Source of the DNA: Syncephalis fuscata S228
Taxonomy: Eukaryota; Fungi; Zoopagomycota
Length of the DNA: 64,000 nt
Direction of reading: 5' to 3'
Assembly: GCA_025786725.1 (NCBI GenBank)
Contig: JAHLTZ010000010.1
Coordinates: forward strand, 248,001-312,000
The notes under the pieces were generated by a model. The model was not told the origin of the DNA and did no database searches. It saw only the letters and a program-made list of their open reading frames with translations. Below, piece after piece: positions 1-11,479 of this stretch. A program made the position numbers and the translations under genes. Each line of letters opens with the position of its first letter. Position 1 is the first letter of the stretch.

Positions 1-129
1 CTGCATTAATTATACTATTTACTGATTATACTAATTATTTAATGCTAATAGGCCGTAAGTAGCACTGTATATTGATGTCTTATATGTTAATTATATGACA
101 TATAATATCTATTTGTAAATACAGCATAA
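1..129 (+). CDS. 3' end of a paralogous micro-exon gene: last 3-nt exon GCC (52-54), last intron (55-124), terminal exon with stop (125-129)
   Basis: ...CTAATAG|GCC|GTAAGT...ACAG|CATAA has the same architecture as the array at 19310-28665. In phase 1 it reads Ngc-cca-taa. The sequence downstream is homologous to that downstream of 28676. Confidence 0.7.
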
Positions 130-450
130 TCAATGGTTGCAAGACATTAGCATTAATAGTGCAATCAAATCACTATTCCAATACACTTTAGGTATATATT
201 CGGTGAAAAGCAAGACCATTTGACAACTACGCCGTCCTGTCTATCCATATATCAAGTTTTGGCCAATGCTCCGGTTTATCCAGTTTTTAATTAATGGAAT
301 CATTATTTTATCAACAAGCTTGCATTTAGCTGTTTTTATTCAACTGTGCAGGCATATAGTAATAGACTTGTGGTTTCATCTTAACTGTATACAATCAAAT
401 TGCTATATCAATAACCATGTTTTATTTGCATCCAATAATGGCAATTATTG
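130..450. repeat. Diverged duplicate of the region downstream of the micro-exon gene (28677-~28960)
   Basis: Colinear shared blocks: caagacatt; aaagcaagaccatttg vs aaagcaagatcatttg; ggtttatccagtttttaattaatgg vs ggtttattaaacttttaatcaatgg; tttattcaact; tagtaata. Confidence 0.75.
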
Positions 451-1292
451 ATCAAATAGTTAAATTAACAAAAGACATGCACAATTATATTTTATTAGCC
501 ATAGGCATAGGATGGTATGAATATGGTAATGTTAAATATGGATATTGTAATGATAAATGTTGGCAATAAAGTTGGCTGTGCTTATTTTTAAATATACCAT
601 GGATAGTAACAAATCTATCACTATCATATAAGAAAATGATATTGTACCAATATTGATATAGAATAAGCATCGATTGCTAACAACTTGGCACTACATTGTG
701 ACGACTAGCAACTTAATGGCTACCGTCTTGTTTACGCTTACTTCTATCATCCAAGCATTAGTGGCTACTAATTAATTGCTTAATATAACATGAACCGATG
801 TTATTATAAAATAAACAATAAATGATTTTCCTTTTAATTATTGATTACCATAGTTAAGCTTTTAATAACTAAATAACATTTGTAACTAAAGCAGAAAAAA
901 GAATACAGCACCAAAGATATAGATGTGTATTATAATTCCAATAAAGCTAGTGTTTTATAGTATATACTGTTGTTAATAGAATTGAACTTTGTCCATAAGG
1001 TTGCTCATATGTCAGTAGATAACAAGTATTTACTGGTTATGTCCTTGTATAAATGTTTGTTTATGATTGTTAGTACTAGTATTTAGTATATTGTTGATGT
1101 GACTATTTATATGTTATCATTGGCATATTGTTTAATTACATAGTGGACTTTATGGATCAATTTCATGGTAGATAATTACGCGGCCATAATACTGTAATTC
1201 GGTGCCGTAAAAATGTAATATTTATATATTTTTAATAGCTATGGCCATTATAAAGATGTAATGTGTTTGTTTCTAACAATCAAGCTATTTCA

Positions 1293-2179
1293 AAAAATGA
1301 TTTCAACATAACTAGGTAGTAAATGTTAATATGGCGTTACAAATCATGTATAACTTTACATATAATAAAGCAAATCACTTGATATTGTGCACAAGTATAC
1401 ACGCGACATATAGATAGCCACTAGCAAATTACACTGCGGCTGTATTGCGTGATGATGTAATAGTTGTGATAATAGGCTAGTAAATGTGTAAAATGGCCAT
1501 TTTTTACCAACCATAAACTATATAACTAAAGGATATCAAAATAATTGCCGGATTCGTGTTTTTCATGCTTAGTTATACAGATTGGTATGATTTATAGAAC
1601 GCCGATTTTTGCAAAAAAAGTTCGCCAAAAATGCAACTTGCATGTTATTAATTAACGAAAAGTGCTTAAACTTTGTGACTTTAATACTTTTAATGTTAAG
1701 AATTAAATTTGGGCTAGAGTAAATCTAAAGCGCTCTATAATACTAGACAATTATAATAGCAAGCTAGTATGCAGAGATACCAATGTAAAGTGGCAATATA
1801 TATTATATACATACATGTATCTAATTATACGTAAATTGCATTTTTGGCAAACTTTTTTTGCAAAAATCGGCGTTCTATAAATCATACCAATCTGTATAAC
1901 TAAGCATGAAAAACACGAATCCGGCAATTATTTTGATATCCTTTAGTTATATAGTTTATGGTTGGTAAAAAATGGCCATTTTACACATTTACTAGCCTAT
2001 TATCACAACTATTACATCATCACGCAATACAGCCGCAGTGTAATTTGCTAGTAGCTATCTATATGTCGTGTGTATACTTGTGCACAATATCAAGCGATTT
2101 GCTTTATTATATGTAAAGTTATACATGATTTGTAACACCATATTAACATTTACTACCTAGTTATGTTGAAATCATTTTT
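1293..2179. repeat. Long inverted repeat / foldback (MITE-like) element with ~344-bp arms (1293-1636 and 1836-2179) and ~200-bp spacer
   Basis: The arms are near-perfect reverse complements with only a few substitutions, e.g. aaatgatttcaacataactagg vs cctagttatgttgaaatcattt, and gccggattcgtgtttttcatgc vs gcatgaaaaacacgaatccggc. No coding capacity. Confidence 0.9.
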
Positions 2180-3267
2180 AATACTACTTTATACTGTCAC
2201 GGCATTGAAGCAATAGTTTCACATTTTAAATCTATAAACTAGCATTTTATTGGTATTTAAGGCATAAATAAAATAATGTATTTTTACTACATTCATATCT
2301 ATCAGAAATAAAATACTTACGCTTTTACGATGGACATATGTTAAAATACCATATAATGGCTGTATTGCTATGTTAGTGTGACTGATAGATATCAAAGGAA
2401 ATTTAGGTTCTGCTATTAGCTATGTTTAATACAAATGATAGCATTATCAATGACAATAAATACAATATAGCCATAGTTGTATTTTGTTTCTATTTAGTAT
2501 CATACAAGTTATTCGGCATATTATAGTTTAGATGTAATAATCAATGCTAACTGTGAAGTAGTTTATTATTTGTTTGCTATTAACCAAACAAGACGCTGTA
2601 TTCTGAACGTTAGGATAAGTGTTAGTAAACATCAGAAGCTAGCGCTATGGAATGACATCAAGATAAGCCATTGTTCAGCTAAGTTATAATTTTTAAATCA
2701 AAGCTGCAAAAACACTATAATTAATTTGAGAATAATACAGTTAATAAAATACGTGAATTTATAAACTAATGTTTGTACTTGTTGTCACTACTATGAAAAT
2801 GAAACCAATATGTGCACAGCTTGTCTCTGATCAGTATTTAGTATAGCCCAGTTATAATAGAGCTTAGATAAGTCAATTTATTAAATTGGAATATCATCAA
2901 TTTGGTTGGTTTATTGTATGGATCAGCATGATCACGTAAAGACATAACATTTAAATTGAATAAAACTAACGAGCTGAGACATTTATCAAGACAGTATTAA
3001 AATCTACAATTTAGTAAAAGCTACAACATGTAATTACGTACGAAATATACAACATAAAAACACATTGGCAGAATAAAACATTCATTAGGCATTCATAATT
3101 ATATTAAAGATGTTGTTTTAGTTGATAAAACTTTATTTGAAAAAGTTGTATCAGATATTCATTGTATTTACCGAGTTGTCGTCACAAAACGCAAACTGCG
3201 CGTACATAAGAGACATGAGCTAGAGCTTAGAGTATTTAAAAACGCCGTTTATCTATTAAATCTAGAT

Positions 3268-6186
3268 TTAGTAAGCGCCGGTGTAACCATAGCTGGTGCT
3301 AGGATAGGAGTTGTAACCGCCGTTAGCTGGTGCAGATACCGGAGCTGGCGCATTTGGGTAGGCGTTATGCGAAGCTGGAGCTGGAGTGTCTGGGTAGGCA
3401 TTGTGAGAAGCTGGAGTGGTTGAAGCAGCTGGAGCTGGAGTCACTGGAGTGTATGAAGAGTGAGGGGCTGAAGTGACTGGAGCTGGAGTATCTGGGTAGG
3501 CGTTATACGAAGCTGGAGTGGTTGAGGTAGCTGGTGCTGGAGTTACTGGAGTGTATGAAGAATGAGGGGTTGAAGTGGCTGATGCTGGAGTAGTTGAAGT
3601 GGCTGGTGCTGGAGTCGCTGGAGTGTAAGAAGCTTGAGGGGCTGAAGTGGCGTGGGTCTCATTGTGGAAAGGAATGTGACCGCTGCACTTGGAGCCGGAG
3701 CCAGTACCGGTGCAGGTAGATGGAGCTGGAGTGGATGGAGTGGTAGTTTTACCGCAGCTAGTACCGGTGCAGGTAGATGGAGTTGGGACAACTGGGGTGG
3801 ATGGAGTAGTTGGGACATATCCGCCATAGGTGTCGTTACCAGCTGGAGTGGATGGAGTGGTAGTCTTACCGCAGCTAGTACCGGTGCAGGTAGATGGAGC
3901 TGAAGCAGATGGGGTGGATGGAGTAGTTGGTACATATCCGCCATAGGTGTCGTGACCAGCTGGAGCTGGAGTTGAGACGACTGGAGCTGGAGTGTCAGGG
4001 TAGGCGTTATGAGGAGCTGGAGCAGATGGGGTAGTTGGTACATATCCGCCATAGGTGTCGTGACCAGCTGGAGCTGGAGTTGGGACGACTGGAGCTGGAG
4101 TGTCAGGGTAGACGTTATGAGGAGCTGGGCTAACTGGAGTGGATGGAGTAGTTGGGACATATCCGCCATAGGTGTCGCTGCCAGATGGGACTGGGGCTGA
4201 AGTGGATGGCGTGGTGTAAGTCTCATGACCGGATGGGACCTGTGGCTTAGCTGGAACATAACCAAATGGAGCTGGTACACAAGTGCAGATCTGGTGGGTT
4301 GATGGAATATAGATAGGAGCTGGAGCAGATGGAACGACATAAGTGTTGTTATCAGATGAGACTGGAGCTGGAGCAGATGGGACATATCCGCCATAGGTGT
4401 CGTTACCAGCTGGAGCTGAGACAACTGGAGTGGATGGGATGGTTGGTACATATTCGCCATAAGTATCGTGACCAGCTGGAGTTGGAGCTGGGACTATTGG
4501 GGTAGATGGAGTAGTTGGGACATATCCGCCATAGGTGTCGCTGCCAGATGGAGCTGGAGCTGAAACTACTGGAGCTGGAGCAGATGGGACATATCCACCA
4601 TAGGTGTCGTTACCAGATGGAGTTGGAACGGTAGTTTTACCGCAGCTAGTACCGGTGCAGGTAGATGGAGCTGGAGCAGATGGGACATTACCGCCATAAG
4701 TGCTGTTGTCGTGATCACCTGAAGCTGGAGTAGCTGGTGCGGTCTTGTTGCATGGAGCCTTTGGAGTTGGAATGTCATCAGTGTCATTGCCAGCTGGAGT
4801 TGAAGCTGGAACAGATGGAACTGGAGTGGTAGTCTTACCGCAGCTAGTACCGGTGCAGGTAGATGGAGCTGGAGCAGATGGGACATTACCGCCATAAGTG
4901 TCGTTACCAGATGGAGTTGGAACGGTAGTTTTACCGCAGCTAGTACCGGTGCAGGTAGATGGAGCTGGAGCAGATGGGACATTACCGCCATAAGTGCTGT
5001 TGTCGTGATCACCTGAAGCTGGAGTAGCTGGTGCGGTCTTGTTGCATGGAGCCTTTGGAGTTGGAATGTCATCAGTGTCATTGCCAGCTGGAGTTGAAGC
5101 TGGAACAGATGGAACTGGAGTGGTAGTCTTACCGCAGCTAGTACCGGTGCAGGTAGATGGAGCTGGAGCAGATGGGACATTACCGCCATAAGTGTCGTTA
5201 CCAGATGGAGTTGGAACGGTTGTTTTACCGCAGCTAGTACCGGTGCAGGTAGATGGAGCTGGAGCAGATGGGACATTACCGCCATAAGTGCTGTTGTCGT
5301 GATCACCTGAAGCTGGAGTAGCTGGTGCGGTCTTGTTGCATGGAGCCTTTGGAGTTGGAATGTCATCAGTGTCATTGCCGGCTGGAGTTGAAGCTGGAAC
5401 AGATGGAACTGGAGTGGTAGTCTTACCGCAGCTAGTACCGGTGCAGGTAGATGGAGCTGGAGCAGATGGGACATTACCGCCATAAGTGCTGTTGTCGTGA
5501 TCACCTGAAGCTGGAGTAGCTGGTGCGGTCTTGTTGCATGGGGCCTTTGGAGCTGGGGCATCATAAACATCATCGCCAGCTGGAGTTGGGACTGGAGCTG
5601 ATGGAGTCTCATTGTATTCACCACCTGGAGTTGGAGTATCATGGTACTCACCACCTGGAGCTGGTGCTGATGGAGTCTCATCGTATTCACCACCTGGAGT
5701 TGGAGTATCATGGTACTCACCACCTGGAGCTGGAGCTGGAGCTGATGGAGTATCATGGTATTCACCACCTGGAGCTGGAGCTGATGGAGTATCATGGTAT
5801 TCACCACCTGGAGCTGGAGCTGATGGAGTATCATGGTATTCACCACCTGGAGCTGGAGCTGATGGAGTATCATGGTATTCACCACCTGGAGTTGATGGAA
5901 TCGATGGAACATTTGATTCAGGTGCTCTGGCTCTGCACTTGAACACGCTGCAGCAAATAGGATGCTTGGTGTTGCACTTGACATTTTGGGTGGTCGTGTG
6001 CTTTGGTGTAGTAGTGCACGTACCATCAACACGCTTTAGATTACCGTTAACAGTGCCGCAGTGGTGGGCACCATTGTAGCAATGGAAAGTAGCGGTACCA
6101 CAGCCATCGCTGATGATTCCGGGGCTAGCAATGACGCTCTGGGCGGCAAGGATAAGAGCAGCAGACAAAATAAAAGCACCCTTCAT
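3268..6186 (-). CDS. Secreted Pro/Thr/Ser-rich repetitive (mucin/cell-wall/adhesin-like) protein, 972 aa
   Basis: Intronless ORF with signal peptide MKGAFILSAALILAAQSVIA and a Cys-rich N-terminal domain. Tandem GGEYHDTPSAPAP, STCTGTSCGKTT, DTYGGYVP and HNAYPDTPAP repeats follow. Confidence 0.88.
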   Translation of the reverse strand: MKGAFILSAALILAAQSVIASPGIISDGCGTATFHCYNGAHHCGTVNGNLKRVDGTCTTTPKHTTTQNVKCNTKHPICCSVFKCRARAPESNVPSIPSTPGGEYHDTPSAPAPGGEYHDTPSAPAPGGEYHDTPSAPAPGGEYHDTPSAPAPAPGGEYHDTPTPGGEYDETPSAPAPGGEYHDTPTPGGEYNETPSAPVPTPAGDDVYDAPAPKAPCNKTAPATPASGDHDNSTYGGNVPSAPAPSTCTGTSCGKTTTPVPSVPASTPAGNDTDDIPTPKAPCNKTAPATPASGDHDNSTYGGNVPSAPAPSTCTGTSCGKTTVPTPSGNDTYGGNVPSAPAPSTCTGTSCGKTTTPVPSVPASTPAGNDTDDIPTPKAPCNKTAPATPASGDHDNSTYGGNVPSAPAPSTCTGTSCGKTTVPTPSGNDTYGGNVPSAPAPSTCTGTSCGKTTTPVPSVPASTPAGNDTDDIPTPKAPCNKTAPATPASGDHDNSTYGGNVPSAPAPSTCTGTSCGKTTVPTPSGNDTYGGYVPSAPAPVVSAPAPSGSDTYGGYVPTTPSTPIVPAPTPAGHDTYGEYVPTIPSTPVVSAPAGNDTYGGYVPSAPAPVSSDNNTYVVPSAPAPIYIPSTHQICTCVPAPFGYVPAKPQVPSGHETYTTPSTSAPVPSGSDTYGGYVPTTPSTPVSPAPHNVYPDTPAPVVPTPAPAGHDTYGGYVPTTPSAPAPHNAYPDTPAPVVSTPAPAGHDTYGGYVPTTPSTPSASAPSTCTGTSCGKTTTPSTPAGNDTYGGYVPTTPSTPVVPTPSTCTGTSCGKTTTPSTPAPSTCTGTGSGSKCSGHIPFHNETHATSAPQASYTPATPAPATSTTPASATSTPHSSYTPVTPAPATSTTPASYNAYPDTPAPVTSAPHSSYTPVTPAPAASTTPASHNAYPDTPAPASHNAYPNAPAPVSAPANGGYNSYPSTSYGYTGAY

Positions 6187-7703
6187 ATTGGATAAGTAAA
6201 TGTGTTCGCAAGAAAGACTACTAGTATCGGTTAATAATTTTGTTGGTGCAAGTGAAAAATCTAGCTATTGCTTCACAGGCAGCTGAAAGAATAAACGCAA
6301 TTAATAGGGTGCGATATAGAAACGTGTAGCGTTACTAAAACGTAATAAGACGAGGAGAGGCGTAAAACTTCGAGTAAATAGTGGCAACTGCCTTAGGAAG
6401 CGAGGATATGGTATTCGGGGAATGACCAACATTTGCCCTGCTATATAGATGCTCTTGCCACGTAGAAGCATCCGGTCTTGTACTCATTATTACCATTTTG
6501 AATAACACCAAAAGCACGTATTCGGAGACAGAAACGAAAAACGTGTATATTTCAACCAACTGTCTAGAACGCAAATGGCAATTACTTTATTAGGAAGTGT
6601 TTGGCGTGTTTGTGAAACCAACTCAGTAAATTGCATTTACAGGCGTAATCAAAAATGGAAATTGAAAATTTTTGCCATTCTTTCACCTCCTGGCCATGTG
6701 AACCTAGACTATTTTTCCGCTAATTGGATGTTTTAGGCTTAAGTTTGCTCTTTTTTCCAGTTATTTACCACGTATTTGGTAAAGGAGTTTATCGCCGGAA
6801 GAGAAGAAATCCATGCCTCCTTGTTGCAGCACAATGACATCGTGCGCTCGTAATAACAAATCCGTTATGGAAAAGCAAATAAACGCTGCTGAGCAAATTC
6901 ACTGCAAATCAATTAACAAATACGTACAACGTTAGCAATTTGGTTCCAAAAAAAACAGATAATAAACTCGTTGTTGTGCGCCGGCCCGTATCTATACCGA
7001 ATAAATCCAGGCCTTAGTTTATGATATCAACTAAATTCGCATGGCTGTACAATATCATGGTGCCGAAACGATAATACATTCTAGTCTTGTAGCACCTCTT
7101 TTTTTAACAGTTGCTAGTAGTTGCCCTGACCAACTATCTTTATGTGGCGTCTTTACAAGTCATATTGGCCTTAAACAATGAATTAATTTTCAAAATATAC
7201 CCAAGCTGATGGATGAGCAACAGAACGGCCCTGCATATTTATTTAGGTAGCAGGCCATGTGTTTGCGTTATAAATAAATGCACTTCCAAACGCCACTGAT
7301 AAAAACAATACTCCGCCTTAGTATTGTATCGCCATTATCTGACTTGCACAAAACTTTAATGCCAATCGTCGAATTTTTTTTAGTAATCTAAGATTAAGAA
7401 TGGGGCTAGACGTGTACAAATTATGACTAACATTACACGTACCATTATTTAGATATTAAAGTTAATAAATTGCTAGCACTATTAATAGCAAAATACCATT
7501 TTATGTTAAAAATTTAGGCCAATAACTACTTTACCAAAAGCAGTAAATTAAAGACTTTTATTTTTACTTTCTAGAACTATCTAATAAATATTGCAACAAC
7601 CATTCGCTCAACCATTTGTATTTGTTTTATTTTGTTTTAATGCTTGTTCTGATAGAAATACTGTAGTTTAATAATGATTCTGATCAATTTTCTAATCAAG
7701 ACT

Positions 7704-9781
7704 ATGTATTATTTTAAAATCACAGCAGCATTAATTTTATTATTAATGCAGTTGAATGAAGTCCCAAATGCTACATTAGGATGATCAGCCTTATCAGCTC
7801 TGTGTTATAATAAAACAGCAATAACAACAGCCGATACATCAGATAATTATGTTAAACAAAACATACCACGCTTAGTTAAACGTTTTACTCAAAAATTAAA
7901 ACAAAGAACTGTTGCACAGGATTATAAAATCATTGGATTTGGAATGGCACCAACCATAAAATATCTGAAAACCAACAGTTTGGTAAGTCCCATGGTACCA
8001 CATGCATCTACTGGTGTAGATACTATGCATCGCCAAGGTGTAATGGGCAAAGGAGTTAAAATAGCCATTATAGATAGTGGCGTCGATTATTTACATCCAG
8101 CGCTTGGGGGCGCATTTGGTCCTAATCACAAGGTGGCTTTTGGCTATGACTTTGTTGGTGACAGCTATGGCGACACGGGTGTTGCCGCCGCAAAAAAAGA
8201 TCCTATGGATTGCATGGGCCACGGTACACGTATAGCCGGTATAGTTGCAGCAAACACAGCTACATTTGTTGGAGTAGCACCTGAGGCGAAACTTGGGCCT
8301 ATTGCATAATTGGTTGCAGATTTGCGCCTGCTTCCATGTCAATTATAAAACAGGCATTCGACATGGCAGACACGGACGGCATGCATATTATTAATATTTC
8401 ATTCAGCAATTATCTGGGCAACAATGGAGCACTTTTGTCTAGTTTTGTGGAGCAATACACTCAGCGAGGAATCATTATTACTGCGTCGACTGGTAATATA
8501 CGACAAATGCAGAAAATAACGTGGACTTCTAATGTACCGAGTATTGCGCCATCTGTAATTTCAGTTGGTTCCATGGATATACCGTACATTATATCCGATT
8601 CGTTTAAAGCTGTTGGCCTTGGCACGGATGCTATTATGTACAAAAACATTTGCTTTAATATTCAACTGTTATTAAGAGAATATGATGTGATTACAATGCA
8701 TTATTCAGAATATCCAGATCAATGTACCATTCCAAATAATGCAAATGGCAAGATAGTCTGGATGCCATATGATGGATGCGATATTAGTCGTTTATTTAAA
8801 AATATGAAAAATAGTGGCGTTGTCGGTAGTATAATTTTAAATTCTGACAAAAAATACAACAATTGTTTAGTTCCAGCTATTTCTGTTGGTAATCAGTTTG
8901 CCAAGATTGCTTCAGAATTGATTGCAAAAGGACAATCACTCAGACTTGGGTTCTATGGACACAAATCTCACGTTCCAGATACAAGCAGTATCTCGGGCTC
9001 TATTTCTGCAGCCTGGGGGCCATCGTTAGACCTTGGAATGAATCCAGATATTATGGCGCCCGGCGTAGCAATGTTTACAACTACAAATAAGGCTGAGAAA
9101 TTTCAGATTGATCGTGGTACATCATTTGCAGCGCCTTATGTGGCAGGTGTGGCCGCGCTCTATCTTCAGGCACATGCCAGTGCAGACGATAATATTAAGC
9201 GATTTAATCCAGTAGAATTTAAGAAGACTATCCAAAGTACGGCAATACCTTGCATAATGCCACATACACAGCTTGCTGGATCGGTGGCTCAGCAAGGCGC
9301 TGGGCTTGTTTGTATCGATCGAGCCATGTTGGTCTCATTTACTGTGTCGCCCTCGGTGATAGAGCTTGGAGATAGGCAGACAAAGGCCATGTATCAGGAT
9401 GGAAAACTAAGTCGGATAACTATTTATAATCCAGCATCTGTTGTAAAAACATTTACCACTACTCATTTACCTGCCGTATCAATGCGTGGATTTGATAGCA
9501 ATGGTAAGGAGTTCAGGCCACCACAGATTTGTGAGATACATGCAAAAGCTATTTTTTCCAAATATACATCGGTAGAACCAGAGACATCAGTGTCGATTAG
9601 CATTAAATTCGACATACCGCTTTTACGTGCCTACAAAGACCACTGGCTTTACTCTGGTTATATTATCGTCGATCCAGATCACAAACCAAACCGCCCATCT
9701 TCAAGCCAGGCTATTTATATACCTTATTTTGGGCTTAATGGTAGCATAAACAATATTAGAAAAATGGTTAAACAGCCGTAA
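7704..9781 (+). pseudogene. Secreted subtilisin-like S8 serine protease with probable PA domain; disrupted as assembled
   Basis: Catalytic motifs IIDSG, HGT and GTSFAAPY. A signal-like start MYYFKITAALILLLMQ at 7704 is in frame with 7944 but interrupted by TGA at 7782-7784. A 1-nt deletion in the ggg run near 8296 (KLG-AYCIIGC) joins ORFs 7944-8309 and 8336-9781. Confidence 0.8.
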
Positions 9782-10525
9782 TATATGCTACTTTAAACAT
9801 AACATTTAATGTTACTATACAAAAACAGCTATATTAACACAAACAATGTTTGTAAAATATTTTATACTAAATATGTAGATATACTATAAATTACATTTAT
9901 TTATTTAAAAAATGTTCATTTATTTAGTAAATGTTAAATACGTAATTACACATAGTACATTATTTGTATAATAATAGTTTATTGTATGGATGCATAAGTC
10001 GCCATAGTATATTATTATGTATACTAATAATAAGTAATTTGCTACATTGTATACTTGTTGCATTTTTTCAAAATAGTGCCAAATACTTGTGCAACAAAAT
10101 GGTCAATCAATCATCAGTTAAACAAACACATAGACACTTAATTGTCAGCACACAACAAACAACACAGCTATGTTATCATTTGCTTTTTACTATTTTGGAT
10201 CAAATAAATTTAACTTGAATACAATTAACTAATCATAGCATAAATAGTGACAACATCATTTAACTAGCATTTTGCTTTTATCCTATGTCTTACCACAATC
10301 ATATCGCAGCAATATAATATTACCTAATATATAAATAATACTTGTTTATTTAAATAATAAACAATTAATTTATATTAAATACATTTAAAATATACTTTTA
10401 AACAGCAAAAAACAACACTGCAGCTTGCAACAGACTACGCTGCACCGCTAGCCATCTAGTTAGTTAGCAAAATAAACAAAATTTTAGCAAAAATGAACCC
10501 AGTGCGCGCTGGCAGGCAAAAAGAC

Positions 10526-10600
10526 TGCTCACTACAGGGATCGAACCTGTGACCTTGGCGTTATTAGCACCACGCTCTAAACCAACTGAGCTAAGCGAGC
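10526..10600 (-). tRNA. tRNA-Ile(AAT)
   Basis: Reverse complement GCTCGCTTAGCTCAGTTGGTTTAGAGCGTGGTGCTAATAACGCCAAGGTCACAGGTTCGATCCCTGTAGTGAGCA folds as a cloverleaf with A/B boxes and anticodon AAT. A TTTTT terminator follows 3 nt downstream. Confidence 0.95.
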
Positions 10601-10606
10601 CGATAG

Positions 10607-10725
10607 AAACTACATTACTTCTCATTCCCGCGTGGTCCCCCACCGCAGTACTACAGAAGCGCGGCCTAACTTAACTTCGGAGATCGGACGGGATCCGGTG
10701 CTTTCTAGGCGCAATGAACGTAGTT
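10607..10725 (-). rRNA. 5S rRNA
   Basis: 119 nt with hallmark 5S segments (GCACCGGATCCCGTCCGATCTCCGAAGTTAAG, AGTACT, GGGGGACCACGCGGGAA) and complementary termini AACTAC/GTAGTT. Confidence 0.93.
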
Positions 10726-11479
10726 GAAGTGAAGGCATTTTTTTGCTAGCCATTCGTAATTTTAATTTACGTAAAAGCTTGCTGCAAATGTTATTTAGAC
10801 ACATGCACACATTCAATATTACACCATACATCAAATAAAACGCATACGCACAACAATAATAGCAACTATAAATACAGTACATATAATAGGCATATAATAG
10901 TGATAGTAGTACATGTCTGTAATCATTAGTATAGTTATTATCATAGCTACTATCATATCAGCACAGTATAATAAAAATCATACCAATAAAGCAATGAGCA
11001 ACAACAAGGGCATTTATAAGCAGTGTGTAATGCATATATAACTATAGAATACAAATACTGTTTGCTAGTATATGTATACTGCTACTCGATAGTTGTAGCA
11101 GATGAAAAAGCAGCACAGTACATTAGACGATAAGTTTAATCAACAATAGGAAAGCATATAGTGTAGATGACTAGCATGCATGCAGGCTGTATACTGTAAA
11201 CAAGAGGATTGTGTTTAATGTAGGTGATAACAGCAAAGCAAGCAAGAGAATACAAGCGATAGAAAAGACAGACTCAGATGTGGCACATATATAGTGGGTG
11301 TACTTACTATTATAGCTATATGTGGGATTGTAAAGAATAAAGAATACAGATTGCAAGTAAAAATAGAAAGAAAGAGCGTGATAGGTAAGTAATGGAATAT
11401 GAGCAAGTGTAGTGCATACAATTTATGCTGTATAGAGATGAGTGCAGCTATCAGCACCATCATTGCACTGGTGTTAGCA

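Noticed and set aside
3543-6079. Overlapping ORFs (LQLQ-rich and antisense) within the mucin-like gene
   Set aside because: Shadow frames of a repetitive coding sequence.
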